Source of the DNA: Candidatus Levyibacteriota bacterium
GTDB lineage: Bacteria; Patescibacteriota; Microgenomatia; Levybacterales; UBA12049
NCBI GenBank assembly: GCA_016199085.1
Contig: JACQHJ010000008.1
Coordinates: 1 to 52,511, forward strand
Direction of reading: 5' to 3'
DNA: 52,511 nucleotides
Translations under genes and position numbers: made by a program
Part shown: positions 13,101-22,632 of the stretch, piece by piece
Layout of the letters: each line of letters opens with the position of its first letter
How positions within the stretch are numbered: position 1 is the first letter of the stretch
Notes under the pieces: model-generated
The model's database searches: none
What the model saw: the letters and a program-made list of their open reading frames with translations, nothing else
Told to the model about the DNA's origin: nothing

Positions 13101-13411
13101 TTCATCAAGTTTTTATAACCCTGATAGTCTTTGGCAAGAAGAATAAGGTGGTTTGAGTCTGAATCAACTCCGGCTTCCTTATCGTGTCTTGATCTTTTGG
13201 CGATATATATTTCAGCACCGATTATCGGCTTTATCTCTTGGGCAACACATTCCTTATAAAACTTAATAACTCCATACATGTTGCCATGGTCTGTAATGGC
13301 AATTGCCTTCATCCCAAGCTCTTTGACACGGGTAACCATGTCTTTTGCTTTTGAAAGACCGTCTAGGAGTGAAAACTCGCTGTGGTTATGAAGGTGTACA
13401 AAGTCAGCCAT
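10178..13411 (-). CDS. dnaE: DNA polymerase III alpha subunit
   Basis: PHP domain 'FVHLHNHSEFSLLDG', 'GPGRGS', 'PDIDLDF', C-terminal OB fold. Confidence 0.97.
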   Translation of the reverse strand: MADFVHLHNHSEFSLLDGLSKAKDMVTRVKELGMKAIAITDHGNMYGVIKFYKECVAQEIKPIIGAEIYIAKRSRHDKEAGVDSDSNHLILLAKDYQGYKNLMKVISVAGLEGYYYKPRADLEVLEKYHEGLICLTACVNGFVTEPLLRNQEKQAEERALKLLEIFGKDNFYLEIQKHAHVPDQDIVNPKLIEMSQKLGLPLVATNDNHYVKHDDAEAQEALLCIQTQTFMADKDRKLSMIDSPDFYIKSPEEMTGLFVQTPEAIENTIKIARDCNVEIPLDKWIMPIFEVPKGKTPADVMKEKVKVGLKKRYKEITKEIKERTDYELSVILGKGYETYILIVADFVNWAKSQGITVGPGRGSNAGSIVSYALSISDIDPLFFKLPFERFLNPMRPSPPDIDLDFADNRRDEVIEYVRQKYGHDKVAQIITFGTMEARGSVRDVGRVLGYPYAIPDRISKMIPPGWQGHAMTIDKALEQSPELKIAYTMEDDTKRILNLARKLEGVARHASVHAAGVVIADKDITEYTPLQRETNGEKIITQYDMYSIGADFSGVGLLKIDFLGLRNLTIIQEALRFIQINEGKTIDFSKITFEDEKTYKLLASGETTGIFQLESPGMRRYIKELKPTTIFDLQAMVALYRPGPMANIPEFIKRKNNPKLIKYPDERLEDVLKESYGIITFQDDMLLTAIKVAGYSWLTADKLRKAVGKKIPSEMKKEHDNFVNGCVANGMTKEKAENLWILFEPFAGYGFGKAHAACYATIAFRTAYLKANFPVEFMTALLTAESRGTTGPVKNEKISMAVAECKRLNVEVLPPDINKSDSEFSIEENTKIRFGLSAIKNVGDAAIRNTLENRNKGDFKSFEDFCQRIDLSTINKKTVESLIKAGAMDRFGKRAKLLMDYPEIVDKASKKKKEGSSGQGSLFGDDDDASVSFSSITSVEIEEFSQNEKLAFEKEFLGFYLTAHPQMDNLISIKAQITHEIATLEEEKTSETVVIGGIIETIRRIFTKKSGKEMAFITIGNENGNLIECVIFPKVFDMYKSILAKENVVLITGKIDTKNDKPVIIADKIQAFTSFSS

Positions 13412-13413
13412 AT

Positions 13414-14199
13414 TTAAGGATTGTTTTTCTCAAAAATTGAAAGAGAATTCGTGTCTCCTGCAAGTTTGCTTTGTTTTTTAGCTTCATACATTGCATGATC
13501 AGCATCATCAAAAGACTGAGACGGGTTATCTAAGTCAACTGCGCTTGCTCCCATTGATATCGTAAGGCTTATCCCTTTTCCTTGCAAAACCTGTTGGGAG
13601 GGAAGCATGGCTAAGGAAAGATTAATTCTATTAAAAAGCTTTTCGATAGTTTCTTTATCTGCTCCCGAAAGTAATATTACAAATTCGTCACCACCGTATC
13701 TAGCGGCTTGTCCGTTTGTTTCTTCGTCTGACTCTTCAATTCTTGCCGCCGTATCTGTAGGTCTGATTTTGCTTCCCAACATGCCGCCAAATTCCGCAAG
13801 TAAACGATTTGCCCCTTCATGTCCAAGTGCCGTATTAATATCTTTAAACTTATTTAAATCTACAAAAAGAAGCACAAGTCCCTCTCCTGTTTTTTTTGCA
13901 CTTGCAACTTCGTGCTCGTAGATTTGTTTAAACGTTGCTAGGTTATTAAGTCTGGTAAGACTATCAATTTTTGCATCTTCAATGATTGAATCAACCTCTG
14001 TTCTTAAACTGTCTGCCGCTATAAATGCCGCATTCCTTTTTATTTTTCTTTCTTTAGGATCTGTAACATCAAAAAGCGCTCTTCTTACGTGAGGCAGGAC
14101 TCTTTCGTACCTTTTCCTAAGCTCTCCAAAAGGCGTCTTTCCGCCTTCTGATTGGCTTGGATTTGGTTTTGATACTGTCTCTGTTATTTCTTCGGTCAT
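13414..14199 (-). CDS. GGDEF domain protein (putative diguanylate cyclase)
   Basis: 'DSLTRLNN', 'DLNKFKDINTALGH..AN..L', 'RYGGDEF', 'ADHAMYEAK'. Confidence 0.88.
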   Translation of the reverse strand: MTEEITETVSKPNPSQSEGGKTPFGELRKRYERVLPHVRRALFDVTDPKERKIKRNAAFIAADSLRTEVDSIIEDAKIDSLTRLNNLATFKQIYEHEVASAKKTGEGLVLLFVDLNKFKDINTALGHEGANRLLAEFGGMLGSKIRPTDTAARIEESDEETNGQAARYGGDEFVILLSGADKETIEKLFNRINLSLAMLPSQQVLQGKGISLTISMGASAVDLDNPSQSFDDADHAMYEAKKQSKLAGDTNSLSIFEKNNP

Positions 14200-15509
14200 T
14201 TTAATTCCTCCACAATGAGATTTCTTAAATGGTTAACGTCAATCTTCTTTCTTAATACATACATAACCTGTCCTATGGCAAACTGTAGTACGCTTTCATT
14301 TCCCAAAGCATAGTCTGCCCTTATTTTGGGATTTTTGGCTAAAACTTCTTTAATGATTTTTATTAAGTCTTCTCTTGAAACATCTTCGATTTTACTTGAA
14401 GATAATATTTCTGCAATTAATTTCGCAGGAAACACATTATTAATATTAACTTTTTTGTTAATAATATGATTTGCTATTTGTTTTGGAGTGACAGCCTTGT
14501 CTAGTTTAACTGCTTCTTCAAAATAATCTGCCAAATCTATCTCTCTGGTTAGAATTTCCGCATTGTAGTCAGAAAGACGATATTGTTTTATAAATCTATT
14601 TAGTTTTTCATCCGGAAGCTCTGGTAGGCTCTCGTTTAGTTTTGCCAGCTCTTTTTCGTTCCATTTGATTGGAGGAATATCGGGTTCCGGAAAATATCTG
14701 TAGTCGTTTGCTTCTTCTTTTACTCGCTGGGTTACGGTTTTTTGTTTTGTCTCGTCCCAGCCTCTTGTTTCCTGAACGGGAGTTTCGCCTCTTTCTAGAA
14801 TCTCAAGCTGTCTTTTAATCTCAAAGTTAATAGCTTTCTCTACAAAACTAAAGGAATTGATGTTTTTAACTTCAACTTTGTATTTAGGTAGACTTTTAGA
14901 GTTTTCATCTAAAGAAATAGAGATGTTTGGCTCAAGACGCATCTGACCTTTCTCCATGTCTGCATCAGAGACTCCCAGGTATCTGACAATTTGCTGAAGT
15001 TTTTGAAGATAGGCTTTTACGTTCTTTGCATTATCAAAGTCAGGCTCTGTGACTATCTCAACCAAGGGAACTCCGCTTCGGTTAAAGTCGATTAAGGATA
15101 CTTTTTCTCCATCTACGGTTTCGTGTAGTAATTTTCCCGTATCTTCTTCCATGTGGACTCTGGTTATTCCGATTTTTGCTCCATTTACCGCAATTTCTCC
15201 TTTGAGGCAGAAAGGTTCATCGTACTGGGATATTTGATATCCCTTGGGGAGATCAGGGTAGAAGTAGTTTTTTCTATCAAACTTGGAAAAAGAGGGAATC
15301 GAACAGTTTAATGCCATTCCTATTTGCGTACACCACTGTATTGCCTTTCTATTTGCAACAGGAAGAGCTCCGGGAAGTCCTAGGCAGACTGGGCAGGTAT
15401 GAGTATTTGGTTCCTGTCCGAAATATTGGGCGCTACAATTACAAAACATCTTTCTTCTTGTTTTTAGTTCCACGTGTACCTCAAGGCCGATAATTACCCT
15501 ATGTTTCAT
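14196..15509 (-). CDS. gatB: Asp/Glu-tRNA amidotransferase subunit B
   Basis: 'IGLEVHVEL', 'RKNYFYPDLPKGYQISQ', 'DYRYFPEPD'; probable start ATG at 15509. Confidence 0.97.
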   Translation of the reverse strand: MKHRVIIGLEVHVELKTRRKMFCNCSAQYFGQEPNTHTCPVCLGLPGALPVANRKAIQWCTQIGMALNCSIPSFSKFDRKNYFYPDLPKGYQISQYDEPFCLKGEIAVNGAKIGITRVHMEEDTGKLLHETVDGEKVSLIDFNRSGVPLVEIVTEPDFDNAKNVKAYLQKLQQIVRYLGVSDADMEKGQMRLEPNISISLDENSKSLPKYKVEVKNINSFSFVEKAINFEIKRQLEILERGETPVQETRGWDETKQKTVTQRVKEEANDYRYFPEPDIPPIKWNEKELAKLNESLPELPDEKLNRFIKQYRLSDYNAEILTREIDLADYFEEAVKLDKAVTPKQIANHIINKKVNINNVFPAKLIAEILSSSKIEDVSREDLIKIIKEVLAKNPKIRADYALGNESVLQFAIGQVMYVLRKKIDVNHLRNLIVEELK

Positions 15510-16914
15510 AAGGATTCCTTTCAAACCATTTGTGCTCCTGTTCATATCTGTGTCCTAGATTAAATAGCAATTCTTCTTTAAAATGCGGACCGATTATCTG
15601 CATTCCGACGGGGAATCCGTCGACAAAGCCTGTTGGAATGGAAAGTCCCGGATGTCCTGTGATGTTGGCTGTAACCGTAAAAACATCTGATAAATACATT
15701 GACAGTGGATCGTTTGCTTTCTCCCCTATTTTCCATGGCAAAGTGGGGGAGACGGGTGCAATTATTGCGTCTACTTTTTTGAAAGCTTCTTCAAAATCTT
15801 TTATTAGAAGAGTTCTAACTTTTAAGGCCTTTTTGTAATATGCATCGTAATATCCAACACTAAGCGTAAAAGTTCCAAGCATGATTCTTCTTTTTGCTTC
15901 TTCTCCGAAAGTCTTCCTTTTGTTTCCATACCTTATCCCGTCGTATCTTGCCAGATTTGAGGATACTTCTGCTGGCTGGATAATGTAATAGGTAGCGATT
16001 GCATATTCAGTATGGGGAAGGCTTATTTGCTCAATTTTACAACCATTTTCCTCATAAAACTTGATTGCTTTTTCAATATTTTCCCGTACTTTTGGATCCA
16101 TTCCGGCAATGAAATACTCCTTTGGAATTCCAATTCTTATCCCTTTAATGTCTTTATCCAATTTTTTTGTGTAGTCAGGCACTTCAACGGTTGGAGTAGT
16201 TCCGTCAAGCGGGTCGTTTCCTGCGGTTACGTTTAAAAACAGGGCACTGTCTTCAACGTTTTTTGTAAAATGACCGATTGAGTCAAGAGATGAAGCCATG
16301 GCAACTATTCCGTATCTTGATACCCTTCCATAGGTTGGCTTTAGTCCTACAGTATTTGTAAAGCTGGCCGGAAGTCTGATGGAGCCTCCTGTATCTGTTC
16401 CAGTTGCTGCAATTGCCATTTGTGCAGAAACGCTGACTGCTGAACCGCTTGATGAGCCTCCTGGAACAAAATCAGTATTCCATGGGTTTTTAGTTGGTCC
16501 AAAATCTGAATTTTCGCCGCTTGAACCATGTGCCCAGGCATCTAAGTTCGTTTTTCCAATAATAACTGCTCCTGCTTCTTTAAGTCTTGCCACAACAGTT
16601 GCGTCAAAAGGCGGAATATATCCTTTTAAGACGTTTGATCCTGCTGTTGTTTGTATTCCCTTAGTTGAGTAGATGTCTTTTAGGGCAATGGGAATACCAA
16701 GAAGCGGTAGATCCTGACCTTCACTTAGCAATTTATCAGCGTGCTTTGCCTGTTCCAAAGCTTCAGATTTACAAACAGTAATAAAAGCATTTAGCTCACT
16801 GTTTTTCCTCTCAATTTGCTCAAGGTATGCATTTAGAAGTTCAACTGCACTGAAATCTTTTTTTAAAAGACCTTCCCTTGCTTTTTTAATTGTTAAGTTG
16901 TTATGGCTGGTCAT
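15499..16914 (-). CDS. gatA: Asp/Glu-tRNA amidotransferase subunit A
   Basis: Amidase signature 'PGGSSSGSA', 'GTDTGGSIRLPA', 'SSNLARYDG'. Confidence 0.97.
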   Translation of the reverse strand: MTSHNNLTIKKAREGLLKKDFSAVELLNAYLEQIERKNSELNAFITVCKSEALEQAKHADKLLSEGQDLPLLGIPIALKDIYSTKGIQTTAGSNVLKGYIPPFDATVVARLKEAGAVIIGKTNLDAWAHGSSGENSDFGPTKNPWNTDFVPGGSSSGSAVSVSAQMAIAATGTDTGGSIRLPASFTNTVGLKPTYGRVSRYGIVAMASSLDSIGHFTKNVEDSALFLNVTAGNDPLDGTTPTVEVPDYTKKLDKDIKGIRIGIPKEYFIAGMDPKVRENIEKAIKFYEENGCKIEQISLPHTEYAIATYYIIQPAEVSSNLARYDGIRYGNKRKTFGEEAKRRIMLGTFTLSVGYYDAYYKKALKVRTLLIKDFEEAFKKVDAIIAPVSPTLPWKIGEKANDPLSMYLSDVFTVTANITGHPGLSIPTGFVDGFPVGMQIIGPHFKEELLFNLGHRYEQEHKWFERNPYET

Positions 16915-17188
16915 TTAATATTCCTTTCACCTTAAAGAGGCCATTGTGTTTGTTTTGGGAGTTAGATAAGGCATCATCTTGAGACAAAGAAGGAAAAGTT
17001 TGGTCATCAGAGGTAACATTTTCAAGACCCGTTACCTGGCTTGTTTCTGGGACGTTTTTGGTATCTACTTTTTGAAGCTTATCGATATAAGAAAGAATCG
17101 AGGATAATTGTTCTTCGTATTTTGCTATTTCTTCTTTAGACAGTGTTAGATTTGCCAATTTTGCAATGTGTAAAACATCGACTTTCAT
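16901..17188 (-). CDS. gatC: Asp/Glu-tRNA amidotransferase subunit C
   Basis: 'HIAKLANL', 95 aa, directly upstream of gatA. Confidence 0.92.
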   Translation of the reverse strand: MKVDVLHIAKLANLTLSKEEIAKYEEQLSSILSYIDKLQKVDTKNVPETSQVTGLENVTSDDQTFPSLSQDDALSNSQNKHNGLFKVKGILNDQP

Positions 17189-17196
17189 TTAGAATA

Positions 17197-17946
17197 TTAT
17201 ATTTCAATTCCTAGGCGTTTGGCAATTGCCAGTCTTGCATTTTCCTCGATTGCATCATCAAGTTTTTCAAGTGAAATCTTTTCTTTGTATTTTATTTCCA
17301 AAGCTTTTTGAATCAGATAATCGGCAAATACTGGGTTTTTGGGTAAAATTGGTCCGTGTAAATATGTCCCAAAGCTGTTTTTATAGATTGCCCCCTCAAG
17401 TCCATCCTCTGCGTTATTGCCAAATCCTTTAACAACTTTTCCAAACGGCATAAGGTTTTTACCAAGAAAGGTTCTTCCTCCGTGGTTTTCAAAGCCGATA
17501 AGCGTATAGTCCAATTCCCCAAATTTAAATGCAGCATTTCCGATAAGCCTTTTTGTATCCTCTCCCGGATTTTGGGTATAAAGATTAAATATCGAAAGGC
17601 CTTTTATTTTTTGTCCGTTTGCTTCCTTGTAGAAATTTCCCAAGAATTGATATGCGCCGCAGATGTATAAACCGGGTATTCCTTTTTCAATAATTGACTG
17701 GAGTTTATCTTTGTTTTTGGTTAAATCTTTGGCTACGGCTTGTTGCTGTTTATCCTGGGCTCCTCCCATCAAAATTAGATCACAAGAAATTAGATCTTTG
17801 AGGTCAAACCCAAGATTTAAGTATTTAACCTTTGTATCAATATTTCTCCATTTGCAGCGTTTTTGTAGGACAAAGACGTTACCTCTGTCTCCGTAAATGT
17901 TCATAAGCTCTGGATATAGCCAGCCGATTGTTAAACTCTTTTTCAT
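17197..17946 (-). CDS. gatD: Lipid II isoglutaminyl synthase glutaminase subunit (GatD/CobQ-like)
   Basis: 'LYPELMNIYGDRGN', 'ICGAYQFLG', 'GFENHGGRT', 'YLHGPILPKNP'; paired with murT. Confidence 0.9.
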   Translation of the reverse strand: MKKSLTIGWLYPELMNIYGDRGNVFVLQKRCKWRNIDTKVKYLNLGFDLKDLISCDLILMGGAQDKQQQAVAKDLTKNKDKLQSIIEKGIPGLYICGAYQFLGNFYKEANGQKIKGLSIFNLYTQNPGEDTKRLIGNAAFKFGELDYTLIGFENHGGRTFLGKNLMPFGKVVKGFGNNAEDGLEGAIYKNSFGTYLHGPILPKNPVFADYLIQKALEIKYKEKISLEKLDDAIEENARLAIAKRLGIEI

Positions 17947-19226
17947 AGTATTTTTTTACCAGTTAAAATCTCTCTTGTCTCAAGCATTGCTGAATAGTTG
18001 GGTAATACATATAGCTTTTCATTCTTGTCCAGATTTTCAATCATTTTGTCTATCGCGTTTCTTACGTTGTCTGTTATGTGAGCATAAACCTCGGCATATT
18101 TAAGTCTTAAAGCCATGTCATAAGCTCTTTGTCCCGAAACCATAATATTCATGTTTTTAGTTAAAATGTTTTCAAAATCAATGTCCCAAATCCAGGAAAC
18201 ATCTAAGCCGTCCGGGATCTGATCGTTTAGAACAATAAGTATGTTTTTCCCTCCTAACTTTCTAACAGTTGAAAGCGACTCGTTAAAGCTGATGGGGTTT
18301 TTGGAAAGGAATATCTGTATGTCTTTTTCCATAAAACTGACTGTTTCCTGTCTTCCGAAGGCGGGCTTAAACTCTCTTAGGGCATTCTTTATGGTTTTAT
18401 CGTTCACTTTAATCTGTTTTGCAAAAAGTACTGCTGCCAAGATATCGTACAGAGAATACGTTCCTTCAAGCGGAGGATAGAAATCTAGTTTAGAAAGATT
18501 TGGCTTTGGTCTTTTTAATCCGCATTTATCGCATTGCCATTTACCAAGATGCGAGAAGTAAAAACATTCAAAGGATAGTTTATTCTGGCATTTTGGGCAA
18601 AGGATTGAGTCTGCGCCGTGCTGTAAGGAAGAACTTGAAAGACTTTTGTCTTCCAGCCCGAAAAACAAAACATTCTTTTTAAGACTTTGGGCAAGATAGG
18701 CAACCTGAGGATCGTCGGCATTTAAAATAAGAGTTGTGTTGTCAAGTTTTTCAAGTGCCTTTTTCCAGTTGGAAGAGATTGTATCTATTTCACCGTATCT
18801 ATCAAGCTGGTCCCTAAAAAGGTTTAAAACTATGACGAAATCCGGTTTTATGCTGTCCACAAACAAAGGGAAAGCGTTTTCATCTACTTCAAAAAGTGCA
18901 AAGTCTTTTTTTAATTTCCCGTCCCATTTGCTTGAAATGATGATTGACGAAGCCATTCCGTTTAGGAGGTTGGCTCCGGACATGTTGTAGACGCTTTTTA
19001 GATTGTCTTTTTTTAAGATGGTTCTAATAAGTTTTGAGGTGGTTGTCTTTCCGTTTGTTCCGATAATTAAAACCGTTTTTACCTTAGATTTCCTAAGAGT
19101 TTGTCCGATAAAGTCCTTGTTTAAAGACAAAGCTATATGCCCTGGCCATGTTGATCCATTTCCAAGGTTAAGTAGCCTGACAAGACTGGAAAATATTTTC
19201 CCAAATATTATTATCAAGAAATTCAT
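17943..19226 (-). CDS. murT: Lipid II isoglutaminyl synthase MurT subunit (Mur ligase + DUF1727)
   Basis: 'GTNGKTTT', 'NLFRDQLDRYGE', Cys4 zinc finger CPKC..CDKC, 'DVSWIWD'. Confidence 0.9.
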   Translation of the reverse strand: MNFLIIIFGKIFSSLVRLLNLGNGSTWPGHIALSLNKDFIGQTLRKSKVKTVLIIGTNGKTTTSKLIRTILKKDNLKSVYNMSGANLLNGMASSIIISSKWDGKLKKDFALFEVDENAFPLFVDSIKPDFVIVLNLFRDQLDRYGEIDTISSNWKKALEKLDNTTLILNADDPQVAYLAQSLKKNVLFFGLEDKSLSSSSLQHGADSILCPKCQNKLSFECFYFSHLGKWQCDKCGLKRPKPNLSKLDFYPPLEGTYSLYDILAAVLFAKQIKVNDKTIKNALREFKPAFGRQETVSFMEKDIQIFLSKNPISFNESLSTVRKLGGKNILIVLNDQIPDGLDVSWIWDIDFENILTKNMNIMVSGQRAYDMALRLKYAEVYAHITDNVRNAIDKMIENLDKNEKLYVLPNYSAMLETREILTGKKIL

Positions 19227-20110
19227 TACATTGTACGAAGTATCTTAATTCTGTCTTCAAGCGGGGGGTGCGTGTTAAAAAGGCCTGTAAAAAAGTTTTT
19301 AACCTTTTTATTATCAAACGGGTTCTCTATGAATAAATGTGCGGTTGCATTGCTTGCAACTCTGGGTGGAGTTTTGTCTTTTGCCAGCTTTTCCAAGGCC
19401 GATGCAAGGCCTTCAGGGTATCTTGTAAGTAAAACTCCAGATGCGTCTGCCAGATATTCTCTTTTTCTTGAAACAGCAAGCTGGATAAGCGTTGCGGCAA
19501 TCGGCGAAAGGATAGCAAAAACAATAGCCAAAATCATAAAAATTGCATTTGCCTTGTCATTATCCCTGTCCGAGTAAAAGTTGATTCTAATAAATAAATC
19601 AGACATTATGGCAATAAAGCCAACGAGGATTGCAACGATTCCCATAAGCCGAATATCAAAATTTCTGATATGTGAAAGTTCATGGCCGATTACTCCCTCA
19701 AGCTCTGCGTCATTCATCATCTCCAAAAGTCCCGTTGTTGCACAAACCACTGCGTGTTTTGGATCTCTGCCTGTTGCAAAAGCATTTGGTGAGGGGTCAT
19801 CCATAATGTAGACTTTAGGCATAGGAATGCCTGCTCCTATACAGAGGTTTTCAACCGTTTTGTAGTATTTTGGATAGTCCTCTTTTTTTATTTGCTTTGC
19901 ACCTGTCGTTGCCAAAACCAGCTTATCTGAATAATAATAGCTTCCTATACTTGTTATACCCGCAATGACCAAAGCAAAGCCCGCAAGGCCTAATCCGTAA
20001 CCTAAGGCTTTTGAAAACACGTAAACCATAGTCGTAATAATTACGACAAACAAAAACATGACTAACCATGTTTTATTCTTGTTTGAAGAAATCGCAGAAT
20101 AAATGTTCAT
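19226..20110 (-). CDS. htpX: HtpX-like M48 zinc metalloprotease
   Basis: 'PNAFATGR', 'HELSH', 'SRKREYLADA', 'THPPLEDRI'. Confidence 0.93.
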   Translation of the reverse strand: MNIYSAISSNKNKTWLVMFLFVVIITTMVYVFSKALGYGLGLAGFALVIAGITSIGSYYYSDKLVLATTGAKQIKKEDYPKYYKTVENLCIGAGIPMPKVYIMDDPSPNAFATGRDPKHAVVCATTGLLEMMNDAELEGVIGHELSHIRNFDIRLMGIVAILVGFIAIMSDLFIRINFYSDRDNDKANAIFMILAIVFAILSPIAATLIQLAVSRKREYLADASGVLLTRYPEGLASALEKLAKDKTPPRVASNATAHLFIENPFDNKKVKNFFTGLFNTHPPLEDRIKILRTM

Positions 20111-20111
20111 G

Positions 20112-20660
20112 CTAGAAACTTACCTTAACGGCTTTTCTCTCCTGTTCTGTTGCTGCAAAAAATTCTGCAGGCTTAAATCCTAAAAGACCCGCTATCAAAA
20201 CGTTTGGGAAGATAACTAGTTTTGTGTTGTAATCCAAGACATTTGAATTATAGAACTGTCTTGAATAGGCAATTTTATCTTCTGTATCGGAAATTTCTTC
20301 CTGAAGTTGCATAAAGTTCTCGCTGGCACGAAGTGCCGGATAGGCCTCTGCGACTGCAAAAATAGACTTAAAAGTCTCAGTCAACTGATTGTTAACTTTT
20401 GCCTTTTCTTCCAAGCTTTTTGCAGAAACGAGATTTGCTCTTTCTTTAGTTACTTCTTCAAAAAGCTGCTTTTCATGCTTTGCGTATCCTTTGACGGTCT
20501 CAATTAAATTTGGGATTAAATCTATCCTTCTTTTAAGCTGGACGTCAATTTGGGAAAGCGCTTCGTTTACTCTTAGTTTTGCAACAATAATGCTGTTATA
20601 CAAAAACCAGATGAAGGCAAGTACTGCTATGATTATGACTGCTATTACTACTAAATTCAT
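20112..20660 (-). CDS. lemA: LemA family protein
   Basis: 'IDVQLKRRIDLIPNL', 'VAEAYPALRA', 'RQFYN'; SD GGAGGTG upstream. Confidence 0.93.
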   Translation of the reverse strand: MNLVVIAVIIIAVLAFIWFLYNSIIVAKLRVNEALSQIDVQLKRRIDLIPNLIETVKGYAKHEKQLFEEVTKERANLVSAKSLEEKAKVNNQLTETFKSIFAVAEAYPALRASENFMQLQEEISDTEDKIAYSRQFYNSNVLDYNTKLVIFPNVLIAGLLGFKPAEFFAATEQERKAVKVSF

Positions 20661-20674
20661 TTATTATTCACCTC

Positions 20675-22450
20675 CTATACATTTACATTAAACCAATCTT
20701 TAACTTCATTATACGTCATTGTATTAATTATGTCACTTGCCGTTGCCCATCCTCGTCTTGCCATGAACACGCCGTACTTTTGTAATTCCATTTGCGAGAC
20801 TGCGTGGCTGTCGCTGCCTATGACAAGTTTTACCTTCTTTTCTACGGCTTGTTTAATAAGAGAGTCAGGAAGATCAAGTCTTTGCGGCCAGCTGTTTATC
20901 TCAAGGGCTTTATCGTTTTTCTTACAAAAATCAAAGACTTTGTCAAAGTCCAAATCATATCCGTATCTGTTGTTTAAGAGTCTGCCTGTTGGATGTGCAA
21001 GTATCTTTGCTTTTTTATGGGACAAGCCTTTCAAGACCCGCTCGGTCATCTTTACCCGGTCCATGTTAAATACGCTGTGGATTGAAACGATTGCTCCGTC
21101 CAGAAGGTCAAGCGAATTATCATCAATTGCCAAATCGCCGTTGGGCAATATGTCAACTTCGAGTAGTTTAAATATTCGAACATTGTTTATATTCTCTTTA
21201 AGTTGTTCAATTTTTTCATCTCTTTTTTTGAGCAGTTCGTAGATTTCCTTTAACGAATGTTTTGAAGTGCTTGGATTGTGCTCTGAAAATCCGAGATATT
21301 CATAATTTAGCTGCCTTGCTTTTTCTAACATGTCTTCCATTGAGTCTTTTCCCAGGTCATGGCTTGGCTCAATTGGAAAACTTGAATGGATATGAAAATC
21401 TCCCTTAATGTCTTTTATGTCGATAATCTTTGGCAGTTTATTTCTAACTGCAGCTTCAATTTCCCCAAGATCTTCTCTTAACTCTGGTTCTATCCAGGGG
21501 AGTCCTAAAGCCTTGTAGAAGTCTTCCTCAGAGGAGTATGTTTGAAGTTTTTTGTTTTTTGATCTTAGGTCTTTTATTCCGTATTCAGATAGAGAAAGAC
21601 CTTTCTTAAGAGAATATTCTCTTAGGTGTACATTATGATTTTTACTTCCGGTGAAGTGTTGTAAGAGCGATCCGAATGCTTTGGAGGATTGAATTAAAAG
21701 ATCTATTTGTTTTCCGCCAGATATAAGTATTGAAGAAGAGACATCTCCTTTTTCTATGACTCTGTCTTTATACGGATAGTTTGTAAAATACTCGATTACT
21801 TTTTTGGGATCTTTGGTGGCTACGGCAAAATCAATGTCTCCAATGGTCGGCGATCTTCTTCGCAGGCTGCCTAATGCCTCAACTCTTTCAACTAAAGGGT
21901 TTTTCGCCAGATAATCTATTACCTTTTGGGCAATTTCAAAAGCATAGGGAAGAACCATCCTTGTTGTTTTCCCTTTGCCTTCCCTAAATTCTGCAATCGC
22001 TCTTAAAATGTCTTCCTGGGATTTCTCACCGAAACCCTCCAGACTTGCGATTTTTCCTTTCTTTGCAACTTTTTCAAGTTCGTCGATAACGGTTTTTGGA
22101 TTATTGAGCTTAAAAAAAGTTACAAGCTTAAATGCTTTCTTTGGGCCAAAGGAGGGGATATCTGTTAAGACAAAGATTGACTTGGGGATTCCTTTAAAGA
22201 CCCATTCAAAATGTTTGACCCTTTTTTTCTTAAAAAGCTCTATTAAATGTCCTTGAATTGTGGGACCTATTCCTGGAAGGCTTTCTAATTTTCCTTCCTT
22301 GTAGTATTCTGAGAGTTCGCCGTTAAGTCCTGCAATAGTTTCAGAGGCTTTTAAATAAGCAATTATCTGAAACCTAAACTTCTTTTCGTTCTTTATTGTA
22401 TAGGCTGTTGCTACGTTTTTGAGAAGGCTGGCAATTTCAAGGTTTGACAT
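20675..22450 (-). CDS. polX: DNA polymerase X with C-terminal PHP domain
   Basis: 'GSLRR..TIGDID', 'HFTGSKNHN', PHP motifs 'DFHIHS', 'AHPTGR', 'SDSH'; probable start ATG at 22450. Confidence 0.93.
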   Translation of the reverse strand: MSNLEIASLLKNVATAYTIKNEKKFRFQIIAYLKASETIAGLNGELSEYYKEGKLESLPGIGPTIQGHLIELFKKKRVKHFEWVFKGIPKSIFVLTDIPSFGPKKAFKLVTFFKLNNPKTVIDELEKVAKKGKIASLEGFGEKSQEDILRAIAEFREGKGKTTRMVLPYAFEIAQKVIDYLAKNPLVERVEALGSLRRRSPTIGDIDFAVATKDPKKVIEYFTNYPYKDRVIEKGDVSSSILISGGKQIDLLIQSSKAFGSLLQHFTGSKNHNVHLREYSLKKGLSLSEYGIKDLRSKNKKLQTYSSEEDFYKALGLPWIEPELREDLGEIEAAVRNKLPKIIDIKDIKGDFHIHSSFPIEPSHDLGKDSMEDMLEKARQLNYEYLGFSEHNPSTSKHSLKEIYELLKKRDEKIEQLKENINNVRIFKLLEVDILPNGDLAIDDNSLDLLDGAIVSIHSVFNMDRVKMTERVLKGLSHKKAKILAHPTGRLLNNRYGYDLDFDKVFDFCKKNDKALEINSWPQRLDLPDSLIKQAVEKKVKLVIGSDSHAVSQMELQKYGVFMARRGWATASDIINTMTYNEVKDWFNVNV

Positions 22451-22512
22451 GCTACAAAATGATACCAAAGCATTGATTACATTTCAAATTTTTGTTAATA
22501 TACGGTAAGTTT

Positions 22513-22586
22513 GGGGTGGTAGCTCAGCTGGTTAGAGCGCCTCCCTGTCACGGAGGAGGTCGCGGGTTCGAGTCCCGTCCATCCCG
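22513..22586 (+). tRNA. tRNA-Asp(GTC)
   Basis: Acceptor GGGGTGG/CCATCCC, anticodon arm CCTCC-CTGTCAC-GGAGG, T-loop TTCGAGT. Confidence 0.97.
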
Positions 22587-22632
22587 CCTCGCCCAAACTA
22601 CAATTATTCTTCTGTCCTGAAAGGAGGCGAAA

